A stretch of 64,000 nucleotides of DNA from Haliotis rufescens (Eukaryota), in NCBI RefSeq assembly GCF_023055435.1, contig NW_025963791.1:26350001-26414000 (forward strand), in the 5' to 3' direction. The position numbers were made by a program, and so were the translations under genes. The notes under the pieces are model-generated. The model was not told where the DNA came from, did no database searches, and saw only the letters and a list, made by a program, of their open reading frames with translations. Shown here one piece after another: positions 25,281-61,970 of this stretch; position 1 is the stretch's first letter; every line of letters starts with the position of its first letter.

Positions 25281-25683
25281 CTCGAATATCCGTGTTTAGA
25301 GACTGGTTTAACAGAGTTAAGGCGTCCAGCCAGATGAGTTATTATCAAACAAGTCAAAGGCCTCAACGGGTTTCAACCTGACACGAGTTTGATGGCATTG
25401 TACACTTGAATATTTGACGTTTTGATAACCCATTATTTAATTGTCAAAGAAAGGTTGCCTAAATCGTTTTTATATACACTTCTAAATGCACAGTCGTGTC
25501 ACCCACAAGCCTGCACCATGTCGATTGTGTTTACACTCACGACAAAAATAGAAATAAGTTAAATAGATGTATAACTTGATATTGCTTAAGTGGAATTAGA
25601 ATGAAACATTCCCGTATTTAAAAGGACACAACTTTGAATGATTTAATATTTCCTGTATAACAAGTCCCATTACTTCATACAGC

Positions 25684-25713
25684 CAGAGACCATAAAATAT
25701 TTTATGGTCTCTG
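25684..25713. repeat. Perfect 30-bp palindrome CAGAGACCATAAAATATTTTATGGTCTCTG, possibly a minimal P-like MITE
   Basis: Palindrome seen directly; flanks atacagc / aaacaac only partly match. Confidence 0.75.
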
Positions 25714-26540
25714 AAACAACGAATCAATAAGTTCTTTAAGATAGAAATGCTTTGACTTCATATTCATATGTGATTTGATCTCCGAAAGTCCACCCAGTTG
25801 GTAGTCAGAAACCTTATACAGGTTGCTGCTATATCATAATCTCGCATGCTGGAGTAGTCATGAATGTTATTATGTATGAAAAAGGAAATTGTCAATTCAC
25901 AACCTATATGTTGGCCGTGAGTTGATGCATTTGCTAAAAATGAGATGGATACATTGAAAAAACCCGCAGCATTTGATGTAAATGACGACGACGTTGCTGT
26001 TGCTGCTGCTGATGATGATAAATTGTATGAATGCCGAATTGACTGTGTTAAATCATTGAAGCCAAAGAAACCTAAATTACAGAAAAAGCAAAGTTTGCAA
26101 CTGACCTGCAATTTTCGGTAATTTGTGACACAGCCATTTGTAAGCCATGTATCTCTTGGTAAACTCGCAATCTCTTTGGTAAACTCGCGTACTAGGTGTT
26201 TATGTAAAGTTAGTGGAGTCTGGTCTAGGGGGTCCTGTTTAGTTATGATTTCATGCAACTGTTTTTGCAGCCAAATAATCACCACTTGCTTCTATAGTCT
26301 GTCTCTCAGTCCCTGAACCATATTATTTTCCCTTCCGGCCAACCCTTTCTGTAATGCAAAAGCCCCAAATGAACCAAGTCTAGATTTTCCCTCAGGTCTT
26401 AATCTCCCAACTCACTGGGGCTCCTTTTCAATTAAGTGGAATTATTTGTTACTTTCATAATTATATATTTTCAGAGACTAAACGTTAGTCCAATGTTTCT
26501 ATGATATTACAGCCTGGAGACTGGTGGTCATTTCATTGTC

Positions 26541-26857
26541 AGACCGCCTCCGTGGTCGGAAGAGCGGAAGGTCTGGGGTTTGATCCCCGGCCGCGTCATA
26601 CCAAAAGACGTTAAAAGATGGTACTTGTTGCTCTCGGCATTAAGGGGCTAAAACAAGGACTGGTCGGCTCGGGGTCAGTATACTGTGTCTGAGTTAGGTA
26701 TTCATGTTAAACTGCGGCATGGTATCCCAGTGGGCTGGCACTATAAATCGGCATCAGTCCGGACTAGTACAAGCAGCCACAAACACACACGTGCATGCAC
26801 GTCGCTATATAAGTGCAATAAGCTTGGACGCGACGTTAAACCCAATTTCACCTCACC
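26541..26857 (+). mobile_element. SINE family A
   Basis: Homologous to 10535-10886; TSD tcatttcattgtc at 26528-26540 and 26858-26870. Confidence 0.85.
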
Positions 26858-28105
26858 TCATTTCATTGTCTGAATGTGACAACCCTACTGGGCTGTGGGC
26901 CTTATACTTGTAGGCCTACTGGGCAATTGTCCACTTGTCCACAAAACATATAGCCTCGGTGACATAATACTGAGTGCAAGATGTGAAACTGAGACACAGT
27001 CCCATCGTAATTAGGGTGGTCGTTAACTGATATGTTGATTTACATCGTCAGTGTCGGCAAACTAACAAAGAGTGTTAGGGCTTGAACCCAACCTTCTATC
27101 GCACTGCCGAAGGTCGAGTGTCCTATACTGAATAAATTAAGACCACCCACTTTCAGAGACCCTCCCTAATTACAGACAACGAGAACGTTATACAATTACA
27201 ACTGTAGTATTATACAGCCTTTAACAAAAATGTCAGGATCTTCGGAGTCATCGAACTCCAAGGGTCCTATACACATCATGCAGTTCAGTGAAATTCGTTA
27301 TAAAGTGAGGCGATGTGAAATGGGGTTTGTCGTCGCGTTCAAGATTATTGCTCGTATACAACGACGTGTGTGCGGGACCACTAACTACAAACGTAATTAC
27401 GTTATAAGATCATGGACTGTCAAAGAAATTTCATTATGGGCCCAAGGAAAGTATAGCTTATAGCTTATAGCTTATACGTGACCAAGGGCTGCCAGGGGAA
27501 TGACGTTTTGGGGGCCAGGAGCTACAAAAGAAATGCCGTCAGGAGATCACGGACAACAAAGGGGAGTAGATTCTGACACTGCCGACTAATAAGGAAATCA
27601 GTTATAAAATCACGGACTGCCATTTGCAAGGGTTCTCTCATTAGTTATACACACCATTGGTCACACACTCCGATTTTGCCAGTTGTCACACAGAGGAAAT
27701 GGTGATCAAGTAAGACACCTACGGTTGTAATGGAATAATCAAATATACTTTTATTAGGCCGGCATGAGATAAAACGCTGAGACACCTTTAGTCGCAGTTC
27801 AGATGATTAACATGTTGGAAAACACAATGTTAAGGGAACTAAAAACTAAACCTGAAATAACTAATCCAGTAAAACTGACTATAAAACAACACTCAGTATT
27901 TGATCTACTTTTACTTTCAGTTTGGCAATTCTGCAAGGATGAGATGCTGGGCAAGCTAGAGTTACAGTTTAGATAACTGATCCATATTGGAAGATTTCTG
28001 TCACTGTAAATTAACTCAATGATCATGTAACTCACTATAAATAGACGATACTCATTGATCTTCCAGCTTAGTGTATAAGTGCTGACTTGTCCTTTGACTC
28101 CAAGA

Positions 28106-28238
28106 TTGGCTGGTTGGTTTGTTTGTTTGTTTGTTGTTTAACGCTGCACTTAGCAATATTCCAGCTGTGTGACAGCGGTCTGTAAATAATCGAGTCTGGA
28201 CTAGACAGTCCAGTGATTGACACCATGAGCATTGATCC
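28106..28238 (-). mobile_element. SINE family B 3' half, abutting the 33-bp minisatellite
   Basis: TTGTTGTTTAACGCTGCACT..AATATTCCAGCT..GAGCATTGATCC. Confidence 0.75.
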
Positions 28239-30420
28239 TTGTGGTGAGTGGATGGATAACTGATGGCCATCTTGTGATGAGTAGATGGCCTGTTGGTGGC
28301 TACCTTGTGATAGTGGATTGCCTGTTTGTGACCTCCTTGTAGTGAGTGGATGGCTAACTGGATGCCTCCTTGTGGTGAGAGGATGGCCTGTTGGTGTCCT
28401 CCTTGTGGTGAGTGGATGGCCTGTTTGCGACCTCCTTGTGGTGAGTAGATGGCTAACTGGATGCCTCCTTGTGGTGAGTGGATGGCCTGTTTGCGACCTC
28501 CTTGTGGTGAGTGGATGGCTAACTGGATGCCTCCTTGTGGTGAGTGGATGGCCTGTTTGCGACCTCCTTGTGGTGAGTGGATGGCTAACTGGATGCCTCC
28601 TTGTGGTGAGTGGATGGCTAACTGGATGCCTCCTTGTGGTGAGAGGATGGCCTGTTGGTGTCCTCCTTGTGGTGAGTGGATGGCCTGTTTGCGACCTCCT
28701 TGTGGTGAGTAGATGGCTAACTGGATGCCTCCTTGTGGTGAGAGGATGGCCTGTTGGTGTCCTCCTTGTGGTGAGTGGATGGCCTGTTTGCGACCTCCTT
28801 GTGGTGAGTAGATGGCTAACTGGATGCCTCCTTGTGGTGAGTGGATGGCTAACTGGATGCCTCCTTGTGGTGAGTGGATGGCTAACTGGATGCCTCCTTG
28901 TGGTGAGTGGATGGCCTGTTGGTGTCCTCCTTGTGGTGAGTGGATGGCCTGTTTGCGACCTCCTTGTGGTGAGTAGATGGCTAACTGGATGCCTCCTTGT
29001 GGTGAGTGGATGGCCTGTTGGTGTCCTCCTTGTGGTGAGTGGATGGCCTGTTTGCGACCTCCTTGTGGTGAGTAGATGGCTAACTGGATGCCTCCTTGTG
29101 GTGAGTGGATGGCCTGTTGGTGTCCTCCTTGTGGTGAGTGGATGGCCTGTTTGCGACCTCCTTGTGGTGAGTAGATGGCTAACTGGATGCCTCCCTGTGG
29201 TGAGTAGATGGCTAACTGGATGCCTCCTTGTGGTGAGTGGATGGCTCACTGGAGGCCTCCTTGTGGTGAGTGGATGGCCTGTTGGATGCCACCTTGTGGT
29301 GAGTGGATTGCCTGTTGGTGGCCTCCTTGTGGTGAGTGGATGGCCTGTTGGTGGACACCTTGTGGTGAGTAGATGGCCTGTTGATGGCCACCTTGTGGTG
29401 AGTGGATGGCCTGGTGGTGGCCACCTTGTGGTGAGTGGATGGCTAACTGGATGCCTCCTTGTGGTGAGTGGATGGCTAAATAGATACCTCCTTGTGGTGA
29501 GTGGATGGCTAACTGGAGGCCTCCTTGTGGTGAGTGGATGGCCTGGTGGTGGCCTCCTTGTGGTGAGTGGATGGCCTGTTGGTGGACACCTTGTGGTGAG
29601 TGGATGGCTAAATGGAAGCCTCCTTGTGGTGAGTGGATGGCTAACTAGAGGCCTCCTTGTGGTGAGTGGATGGCCTGGTGGTGGCCTCCTTGTGGTGAGT
29701 GGATGGCTAAATGGATGCCTCCTTGTGGTGAGTGGATGGCTAAATGGATGCCTCCTTGTGGTGAGTGGATGGCTAACTGGAGGCCTCCTTGTGGTGAGTG
29801 GATGGCCTGGTGGTGGCCTCCTTGTGGTGAGTGGATGGCTAAATGGATGCCTCCTTGTGGTGAGTGGATGGCTAAATGGATGCCTCCTTGTGGTGAGTAG
29901 ATGGCCTGTTGGATGCCACCTTGTGGTGAGTGGATTGCCTGTTGGTGGCCTCCTTGTGGTCAGTGGATGGCTAACTGGAAGCCTCCTTGTGGTGAGTGGA
30001 TGGCCTGGTGGTGGCCTCCTTGTGGTGAGCGGACGGCTTGTTGGTGGCCTCCTTGTGGTGAGTGGATGGCCTGTTGGTGGACACCTTGTGGTGAGTGGAT
30101 GGCTAACTGGAGGCCTCCTTGTGGTGAGTGGATGGCCTGGTGGTGGCCTCCTTGTGGTGAGTGGATGGCTAAATGGATGCCTCCTTGTGGTGAGTGGATG
30201 GCTAAATGGATGCCTCCTTGTGGTGAGTAGATGGCCTGTTGGATGCCACCTTGTGGTGAGTGGATTGCCTGTTGGATGCCACCTTGTGGGGAGTGGATGG
30301 CCTGTTGGTGGCCTCCTTGTGGAGAGTAGACAGCTTATTGGAGGCCTCCTTGTGGTGAGTGGAAGGCCTGTTGGTGGACTCCTTCTGGTGAGTGGATGGC
30401 CTGTTGGTGTACTCCTTGTT
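28239..30420. repeat. Minisatellite, 33-bp unit, about 66 copies
   Basis: CCTTGTGGTGAGTGGATGG(CTAACTGGATGCCT and variants); gives the 797-aa and 747-aa repeat ORFs. Confidence 0.97.
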
Positions 30421-31359
30421 ATGAATAGAACTTCTGACAAAAGGTGTGTGCAGTTGAACATAATTTACTTACTTTTTTACTTTCAGATAACACCTACTAA
30501 AAAATACAAACACCATTACTTTATGTAAAATATATTTTTTATTTTTATCCAACAAGATCAATTACCACTGAAATGTGCCAACTGAGCAACTTTCACACAT
30601 ATTCTTTATAGGTATCACAAGGTAATTCAAAACCACATATCTGGTTAAAACTTTATGCTCAGTTGCAGTTTACATATCAAACAATAAACAAGTACCAAAA
30701 ACAGAAACACACATATATACAATTTAGCCTTCTTGTAAAACACATTTGGCCCATTGCACTGATTGATGAAACTCAACAAAATACAGTTACTGTTAACAGA
30801 TGTAATTTTCTTATTTACCAATGCATTAATATCAAGACTTTTTGATACAATTTTGAAATCTGAATTTATGCAAGATCATAAACAAAATCATAAAAAATGG
30901 ATGTCAAAGTCCTCTAAAACTATACACCTGGTCCAGTTTTTAACTCTCAAACTTCTCAATAATGTATCTATTCTATTTTTCACACATACTATTCCCCTGA
31001 CCACTGTTGACTAAGGGGGAAGAGTCCACCATCCTGGCAGTCTCCATGGCCACACAAGATAAACATTCACGCATTATATACCTCATTTAGTCATTTGACA
31101 TGTCTCTATGGAAGAATATTTTATCACAGAAAATAAATTCATTTGTGATAAACTAAAAAAACAACAAAACAATATTAAATAACGCTTAACATACCAAGCA
31201 GTACTTATTTTAGTAAAATATTTCATATCCTTAGGCAATACGATTAATTCTGTCACCTCCTTAAGCAGCTGAAAGTTGGCAGGACAGGTCCTAGTCGTGT
31301 AATCTTGTCTTATTATATCATGATGTGAACACATGTAAAACTGGACTAGTACTGTGGTA

Positions 31360-31600
31360 AGTGACTGAGTGAGTTGGTTTATATGCTGCTATGAACAATA
31401 TTCCAGTTATATCACGGCGTGTCAGTGTCAAGCCACAAAGTGATACAGGACTCAGACATTTACAACTTTAGTGAGACCAACAAGAATGAGCATGGTGCTG
31501 ACAAAACCTAGAAACAGAATTGGGGCGAACCTGGATTGAAACTCACAAGGGACACAACTCTGCACAGTAGTTTAGACAACTGAGCCATCCATGCCGCCCA
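31360..31600 (-). mobile_element. SINE family D
   Basis: Reverse-complement homology to 61703-61970. Confidence 0.6.
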
Positions 31601-32726
31601 ACTAAAGGAAGTATTGGCTTTGACATTTTGCAGTGATAACTGTCAAAAATACTATCATCTTGTGGTTTGCATTATGTTTGTCAATGCACAGAAAATACAT
31701 GATATGATATAACTTATAAACATATTACTGTAGAACATGAAAATGCTGATTTTATCACTAAGAATTACATTATCATTCCACAAGACACATGCATCAGAAA
31801 ATATCTTGACACTGTGTGCTAAGAACCACATTATTTGTGTAACATGTTTTGGTGTGATAGTTAATGCCATGAGGTCGCTACATCTAGTATTACATCTATC
31901 AGGGCATAAAGAAGAGCACATGTTCACATGGTAACAACAGTCCCCCCTGTTTTAAGAGAATGCACCATTGACTTTTGAGAGATCAGATTTCCTTTCAAAT
32001 CTGTAAGGCTCCTGGTAGTCAGTTCCTATCTTGTTGTGTTGTTATAAACAATAACAACTGTATGAACAATGATGAACGGAAATAAATAAATAATTTCTTT
32101 GAAAATGACACTCTCCCATGTCAGAACAAATATATCCACCATTATATAAATTGATGATATGTTTTCCAGTGACATGAAAGACCCATCACTTGCAATTCTG
32201 ATACTTTTTATCACATTTGTCGTGAACTTGTTGTCAAGAAAACTCATTAAAATTAGTGACAATAAAAAAAAATTTAAACAGATTTATGAGCCTACCATAT
32301 ATTGAAAGAAATATTCTTATAACCTTCCTACTTTCTGACCCATAATTGTTAACTTATACTCCCAAGGGAGCTGAGAATGTACTTTGAGTGCACACTGATC
32401 CATTGAATAGACTACCGGTAATACTTCTGTAGCTCTATGCTTCTGTGCATGGATGCAGTTATTATTCTTATTCCTATTACCTCAATCACACACATTCTGG
32501 GAGCATAAAGTGGTCCACATAGAAGACAGTATGACAACCCAATAAAGACTGTGTACATAGCAAACAAAATTAACATTCAGCATCATTGTGAGATATCCCA
32601 GTAAACTGAATGATTTATTTATTTATACATGCCGGGGGTTCCTCTTCATCATGCTAATAGCATGTCCCCGTAACCAATAGATTCCTATTCATATATCTAT
32701 GTGCCATAATTTTCAAACTTTCTTCC

Positions 32727-56493
<23,767 letters not shown>

Positions 56494-56870
56494 GGCTACA
56501 AACTAAGATGATCAACCTCTGAAAAGATACAACCAAAATGTCCAATATTTCCAATAATTCATAAATAAAGAATTTGTTTGATTACCATGATAACAGTTCT
56601 CTGAACACATTTAGCAGTTTAGTTTTTCTTGAATTTAGAATTATTGTGTAACCTACAGAGCACTCAGAGTGCAATTCAGAGCACTGCAATCACTATGCAC
56701 TTAACATTCTAAGGTAATAAAAACAAAACCCCAAATATGAATTCTGAAAAACATCTGAAACGCAAGTATGAAAAGAAATATCTCCTTATTCCGTAGTACT
56801 GAACTCAAGTCTTCAGTGTCACGGGCCAATACTTTAACCACTTAGCTACCCCACCACCCTTGAAAATTAA

Positions 56871-57211
56871 GGTGAGGTGAAATTGCTTTAACGTCGCGTC
56901 CATTATTGCACTTATATAGCAACGTGCATGCACGTGTGTGTGTGGCTGCTTGTACTAGTCCGGACTGATGCCGATTTATAGTGCTAGCTCACTGAGATAC
57001 CATGCCGCAGTTTAACATGAATACCCCACTCAGACACAGTATACCGACTCGAAAGGACCAGTCCTTGTTTTAGCCCCTTAATGCCGAGCGCCAGATAGGG
57101 TAACAACAAGTACCATCTTTTAACGTCTTTTGGTAGGACGCGGCCGGGGATCGAACCCCGAACCTTCCGCTCTCCAGGCGGATGCTCTACCACAAGACCA
57201 CAGAGACGGTC
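56871..57211 (-). mobile_element. SINE family A
   Basis: Full length, homologous to 10535-10886; probable TSD aaattaag. Confidence 0.85.
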
Positions 57212-58401
57212 TTTTAAATTAAGTGGTAGGCCTAGAATAGGTACTCACACAACATGAGTACAGGGTGAACTAGCCACAGCCAACACTCTGTGCAAGTCTG
57301 GTAAATATGTAAAATACAGTTTGAGTCAATTTCTGTAAAAACGAGATAACAGAGTAGCAAAACAGTGTACACAGAAGTGCTAAATTTGGTTGTAAAATTG
57401 TATTTTGGGGAAAAACAGACAGACCGATTGTAATTGTAATGACTGAACTAAGTGAGCATTGCTTAGTTGCATGTGTTTTTTAAGTGAATTAGCCATGTGA
57501 TTTCTCCTGCATGTCTTTTCAAAGATGCTTATCTAGTGCATTTACAATTTTTCCTGAGAAAAGTCTGTTTTGCTCATCATATTTGGAAATAAGTGTCTCT
57601 ATTCTGGAAGCAACAAACAAGTTGTGATGACATGCTCTTCAACATGTTTAATAGGGATGGGTATTGGAGGTTAAAGTGTATCACAATGTTTTGCAATGCA
57701 CAAGGCCGTATTGCAATATGTATCACGATATATTGTACAATTCTAAATGGTTAATTCAGAAGCAGTCCTATACATTCAGGTGAGAACTGAAGTTCATAAA
57801 TGGAATAAAACAAGATGCTGGTACAAATAATGTTTACTCATTCAATAAATATGCAGCCATCTTGGGGCCCCGGATACTTGCTCCTGTGCAGCAAAGGCAT
57901 TTGGCAAGTATATAACATTAAACACATGATAAAAATCCCAAATTTGAAACAGACAAAGTGATGCAGGTCTCAGATGTTTACAACTTCGGTGAAACCCACG
58001 AGCACAGGTGTGGTGCTGAAAAACCTGGAAACATAATCAAGGTGAATCGGGATTTGTACCCATGATCATAGGTTTCTGGCAAAGGGACACAACTCTGCAT
58101 AGCGACTTTGATAACTTGGTCACCCGTTGTCCCTTCTTAGGCTCTAATCCTACAGCATGCGAATAGCGACAGCCACAGTCAGCAACCTGAGCCAATTAGT
58201 GCAATAACAGCGCCTGTTAAACTAGATTCTTGCACCACGACGGTAGTCAAGTACAGACAACGCATCATGTCTTTAAAAATATTCAACTCAAGGGTGGATC
58301 AGCATTTTTAATAGGGAGGGGTCCAAAATATCACAATCCTCTCTAAGAAAATTTTACTGCTTACAACATATTACATCTGGGTTTCAATAGGGGGTCCAGG
58401 A

Positions 58402-58519
58402 CACAGGAACTCAATATTGCTCTATGTAAAAATATACGCCCCCTTTACTACATAAACGACGTCTATTATGTAGTATAGGGGGCGTATATTTTTACATAGA
58501 GCAATATCGAGTTCCTGTG
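58402..58519. mobile_element. 118-bp near-perfect palindromic MITE, P-element-like
   Basis: CACAGGAACTC...GAGTTCCTGTG with about 52-bp arms; flanks gtccagga / gtccggga (8-bp TSD, 1 mismatch). Confidence 0.7.
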
Positions 58520-59569
58520 GTCCGGGAGTAGTGCACTTTACTGGGCTCACTTTTTCAGATCCGATTAGCGCTGTGGGGGCTCAAATGCGCTTCATTGGCT
58601 TACTGGCTTGGCAAATTAGTGCATTAATTAGACGACACTCTACCACTGGACCAAGCGCGCCATCATATGTAATTAGTGCTCGACTAATGGGTCATTTGCT
58701 CCCCATTAACATGCATGCGCAGTTAAGTAAACAATGATTGTGCATGCGTGTTACTGACGTCTCCATTCATCTTTTTGAGGAAGCCACACCTGCCATTTTC
58801 TGTCAAAATGAGTAATCAATCCAAACGAAATGTCTTAAATCGGACTATATACTCTGATAGGATTACCCTCATTGGATAACTGGAACACTGTAAAAACGAA
58901 TTTGTCAGTTTATGGCTAACCCTAGCCCTAACCAGGTTAACCCTAAGGATCGCAAAGGGGTGTTGGGTTGGAAAGGCGTGTCAATACCTTAAGATCGAAA
59001 TGGGGTATTGGATCGGATTTTTTTTTATAGAAAACAGTTTTATTTGAATCATGAAAATACAAGTTGGGGACAAGTGATACTTGTGCAAATATTTGCCCCC
59101 CCCCCCCCCCCCCTCCGTCAAAAAAAAAGTTAACTACGGCCTTGGCCCAGGCATGTCAGTTCCATAAGATCGAAAAGGGGTATTGGATCGCCAAGGCGTG
59201 TCAGCTCCCTGAGACGAATGCGTGTGCATTCAAGCGAGAGCCACGATAACGGTATTTAACTGCGCCCGTTTTACTGCATTGTACCGTGTGCGAAATACGC
59301 TACAGTCGGAAAGCGCACGTTAAATCTCCTATATCAGTCAGTCACAGCATTGTTGCCGGGGATGAGAACCTCCAGGACCACCCCACTGGATCTTTTTTAT
59401 ATGCAACGGAAAATGTGTAGTCGTCTTTATCCGACACCAGGACTTGGTTTACTAACCGGATCTGAACGACTCATAACTGCAATCATCATTGCTTCAACGC
59501 GATTTTCACAGTCGAGCTTTTTTATTTACACCTTAGTGTCATGTATTTAGAAAGGCCAACGCATCTAAC

Positions 59570-59760
59570 CTGTACTGTGCTCGTTCTTGCGTACATCAGC
59601 TGATCAGACAGTATCTTATCAGCTGCACTGCGGCTACACTTTGGCTTGTTTATCTCGGAAGTCATGTGCCTTTTAACCGCACATGCGCACTGAGAAGCAG
59701 AGACGCATCGAGTTGAGTGACCCGCGACCCACTCGCTGGTCATGAATGAGTCAATGCTGA
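59570..59760 (-). promoter_or_regulatory. Candidate GAA promoter and non-coding first exon (donor gtacag|gttaga, exon ends 59570)
   Basis: CpG-rich patch with ETS CGGAAGT (59656-59662) overlapping GTCATGTG (59661-59668), NRF1-like CGCACATGCGCA (~59678-59689, contains CACATG) and AP-1 TGAGTCA (~59747-59753). Confidence 0.5.
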
Positions 59761-60410
59761 CGAAGTGTGATTTTTAAAGCAAAAAAAAGGAAAATAACAT
59801 TTTATAGTTATTGATATTATTTTATTTGTGAACATTGCATGAACAATGATTTTAACAAACTGACAAAAATGCAATTAAACAATTAATAATGTAATTAAAT
59901 ATGTAAAAATGAAGAATGAACCTTATAAATGTACACACTGCTACCAAATTGAAATATAATTATTTAAAATCAATGCAAATAAACCTTTTTGTCAGCGATT
60001 AACATATATGCGAAAATGTCCATGGTGCCATCTAAAATCAGTCAAAGGTTTATTTATATGACATCATAATTGTATTCCCCTGGAGACAATCGAGTATTTG
60101 AAATTATGAAAAGAAATATTTAGATTTTAATTTGAATATTTTCATTTTGTAACGGTTCGTGACGTGTTTGGTAACGGTATGAACATGCATGGTAACAGTA
60201 TGGACATTCGTGCACATATCTAGGTTTTCATAAATATGTATTATATAAGGACATGGCTCCATTATGACAGGCTCCACCATCATGCATGATAGCGGAGCTT
60301 CAAATTAAGATAAGAGATATTATTGGATGAAATGGTCGCGGATGTGGAGGTACTGGTGGACTACGGCAATGAGCTTAACCCCTGTTAAGCAACCCCAACT
60401 GCAGCAACCG

Positions 60411-60561
60411 CTGCCCTGCAACAACCGTTGCCAAGCAACCCATGTTGCTTACCAATGCAGCACCTGCTGCCCTGCAACTACCGTTGCCAAGCAACCCATG
60501 TTGCTTACCAATGCAGCGCCCGCTGCCCTGCAACTACCGTTGCCAAGCAACCCATGTTGCT
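60411..60561. repeat. 56-bp tandem repeat, about 2.7 copies
   Basis: CTGCCCTGCAAC at 60411, 60467 and 60523. Confidence 0.85.
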
Positions 60562-60903
60562 ATGCAGCTATCGCTGCCAGGCAAGTACCATTGCCAAACC
60601 ATGAGCGAGGGCAACTATTGTTGCCAAGCTGACCATCCGCTGTAAAGCGGACACTAAGCCATCTGCTGTAAAGCAGAATGGATAAATTGGTTCCTGCTGT
60701 AAAGCGGGTAACCCTATCCTAAATAATTTATAATTTGGGATGTATCCCAAGACGCCAAATGTAACTTGTAATGCAGTCCACCAGCACCCCGCCACAAGCA
60801 CCAAGGTGCTTCCCCACAACCACGACCATTCGCGCTCATGTACACCCACCGTGTTATCCTATACTGAAAATGAATCACTAAATGCTATTACTGAATAAAT
60901 GAA

Positions 60904-61380
60904 TTGGTACATGTATGAGGGTATTAATATATCATGTAATGAGAGATCGGGTTGGTACATGTATGAGGGCATTAATATATCATGTAATGAGAGATCGGGT
61001 TGGTATATGTATGAGGGCATTAATATATCATGTAATGAGATCGGGTTGGTATATGTATGAGGGCATTAATATATCATGTAATGAGATCGGGTTGGTACAT
61101 GTATGAGGGCATTAATATATCATGTAATGAGATCGGGTTGGTACATGTATGAGGGCATTAATATATCATGTAATGAGAGATCGGGTTGGTACATGTATGA
61201 GGGCATTAATATATCATGTAATGAGATCGGGTTGGTACATGTATGATGGCATTAATATATCATGTAATGAGATCGGGTTGGTACATGTATGATGGCATTA
61301 ATATATCATGTAATGAGATCGGGTTGGTACATGTATGAGGGCATTAATATATCATGTAATGAGAGATCGTGTTGGTACAT
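60904..61380. repeat. Minisatellite, 43/45-bp unit, about 11 copies
   Basis: TTGGTACATGTATGAGGGCATTAATATATCATGTAATGAGA(GA)TCGGG. Confidence 0.96.
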
Positions 61381-61702
61381 TGGATTTCCGGATAGATGAC
61401 TGTACATGGTTTTACTTTAAAAAAAATTAAAAAAAGATTTTCCGCATAATCCACAACTGCTTATGTAGTATCTTTGTAAATCAATGAATTTGCTTTTTGT
61501 TGGCACAAATTTACAACATTTCAAACATGGTAGACCTCATGTGGTTGCAAATTAATTTCTTCAGTCTTCAATTCAAAAATGAATCTAGTTATACTCAAAA
61601 ATACCCAGCAACAGATTACTTTTACAAACTGTTGCAGGGATGAGTGATGTTAAATAGACAAAATCAAATTTAACAACAGTTTTTCAATTTTCAATTACAT
61701 TG

Positions 61703-61970
61703 CAGGGGCACGGATGGCCATGCGCCGCAGTTCACTATGCAGAGTTGCGTCCCTTGGGCACGCCAGAAACTTATGATCGTGGGTTCAAATCTATGTTCGC
61801 CCCGATTTTGTTTTTGATTTGTCAGCAACATATCCGTGCTTATGGGTTTCACCAATGTGTTTACCGTCAGAGGCCTGCATTCCTTTGGGCTTTCCTCCCA
61901 CATTAAACTGAAACCGTCGTGATATAACCAGAATGCTGTTCATTGCAGCGTCAAAACCAACTCACTCACA
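61703..61970 (+). mobile_element. SINE family D
   Basis: GCAGAGTTG.GTCCCTTG..GGGTTC.AAT..TTTGTCAGCA..(CTCA)n; homologues at about 3215-3460 (+), 31360-31600 (-), 32835-33110 (-), 57965-58135 (-) and 11300-11425 (-). Confidence 0.65.

Noticed and set aside
28068-30528. 797-aa and 747-aa ORFs as genes
   Set aside because: They arise from a 33-bp (multiple of 3) minisatellite; the minus-strand ORF ends in SINE sequence, with no signal peptide or domain.
58917-58949. Interstitial telomere (TAACCC-like)
   Set aside because: Only 3-4 degenerate units embedded in a repeat element.
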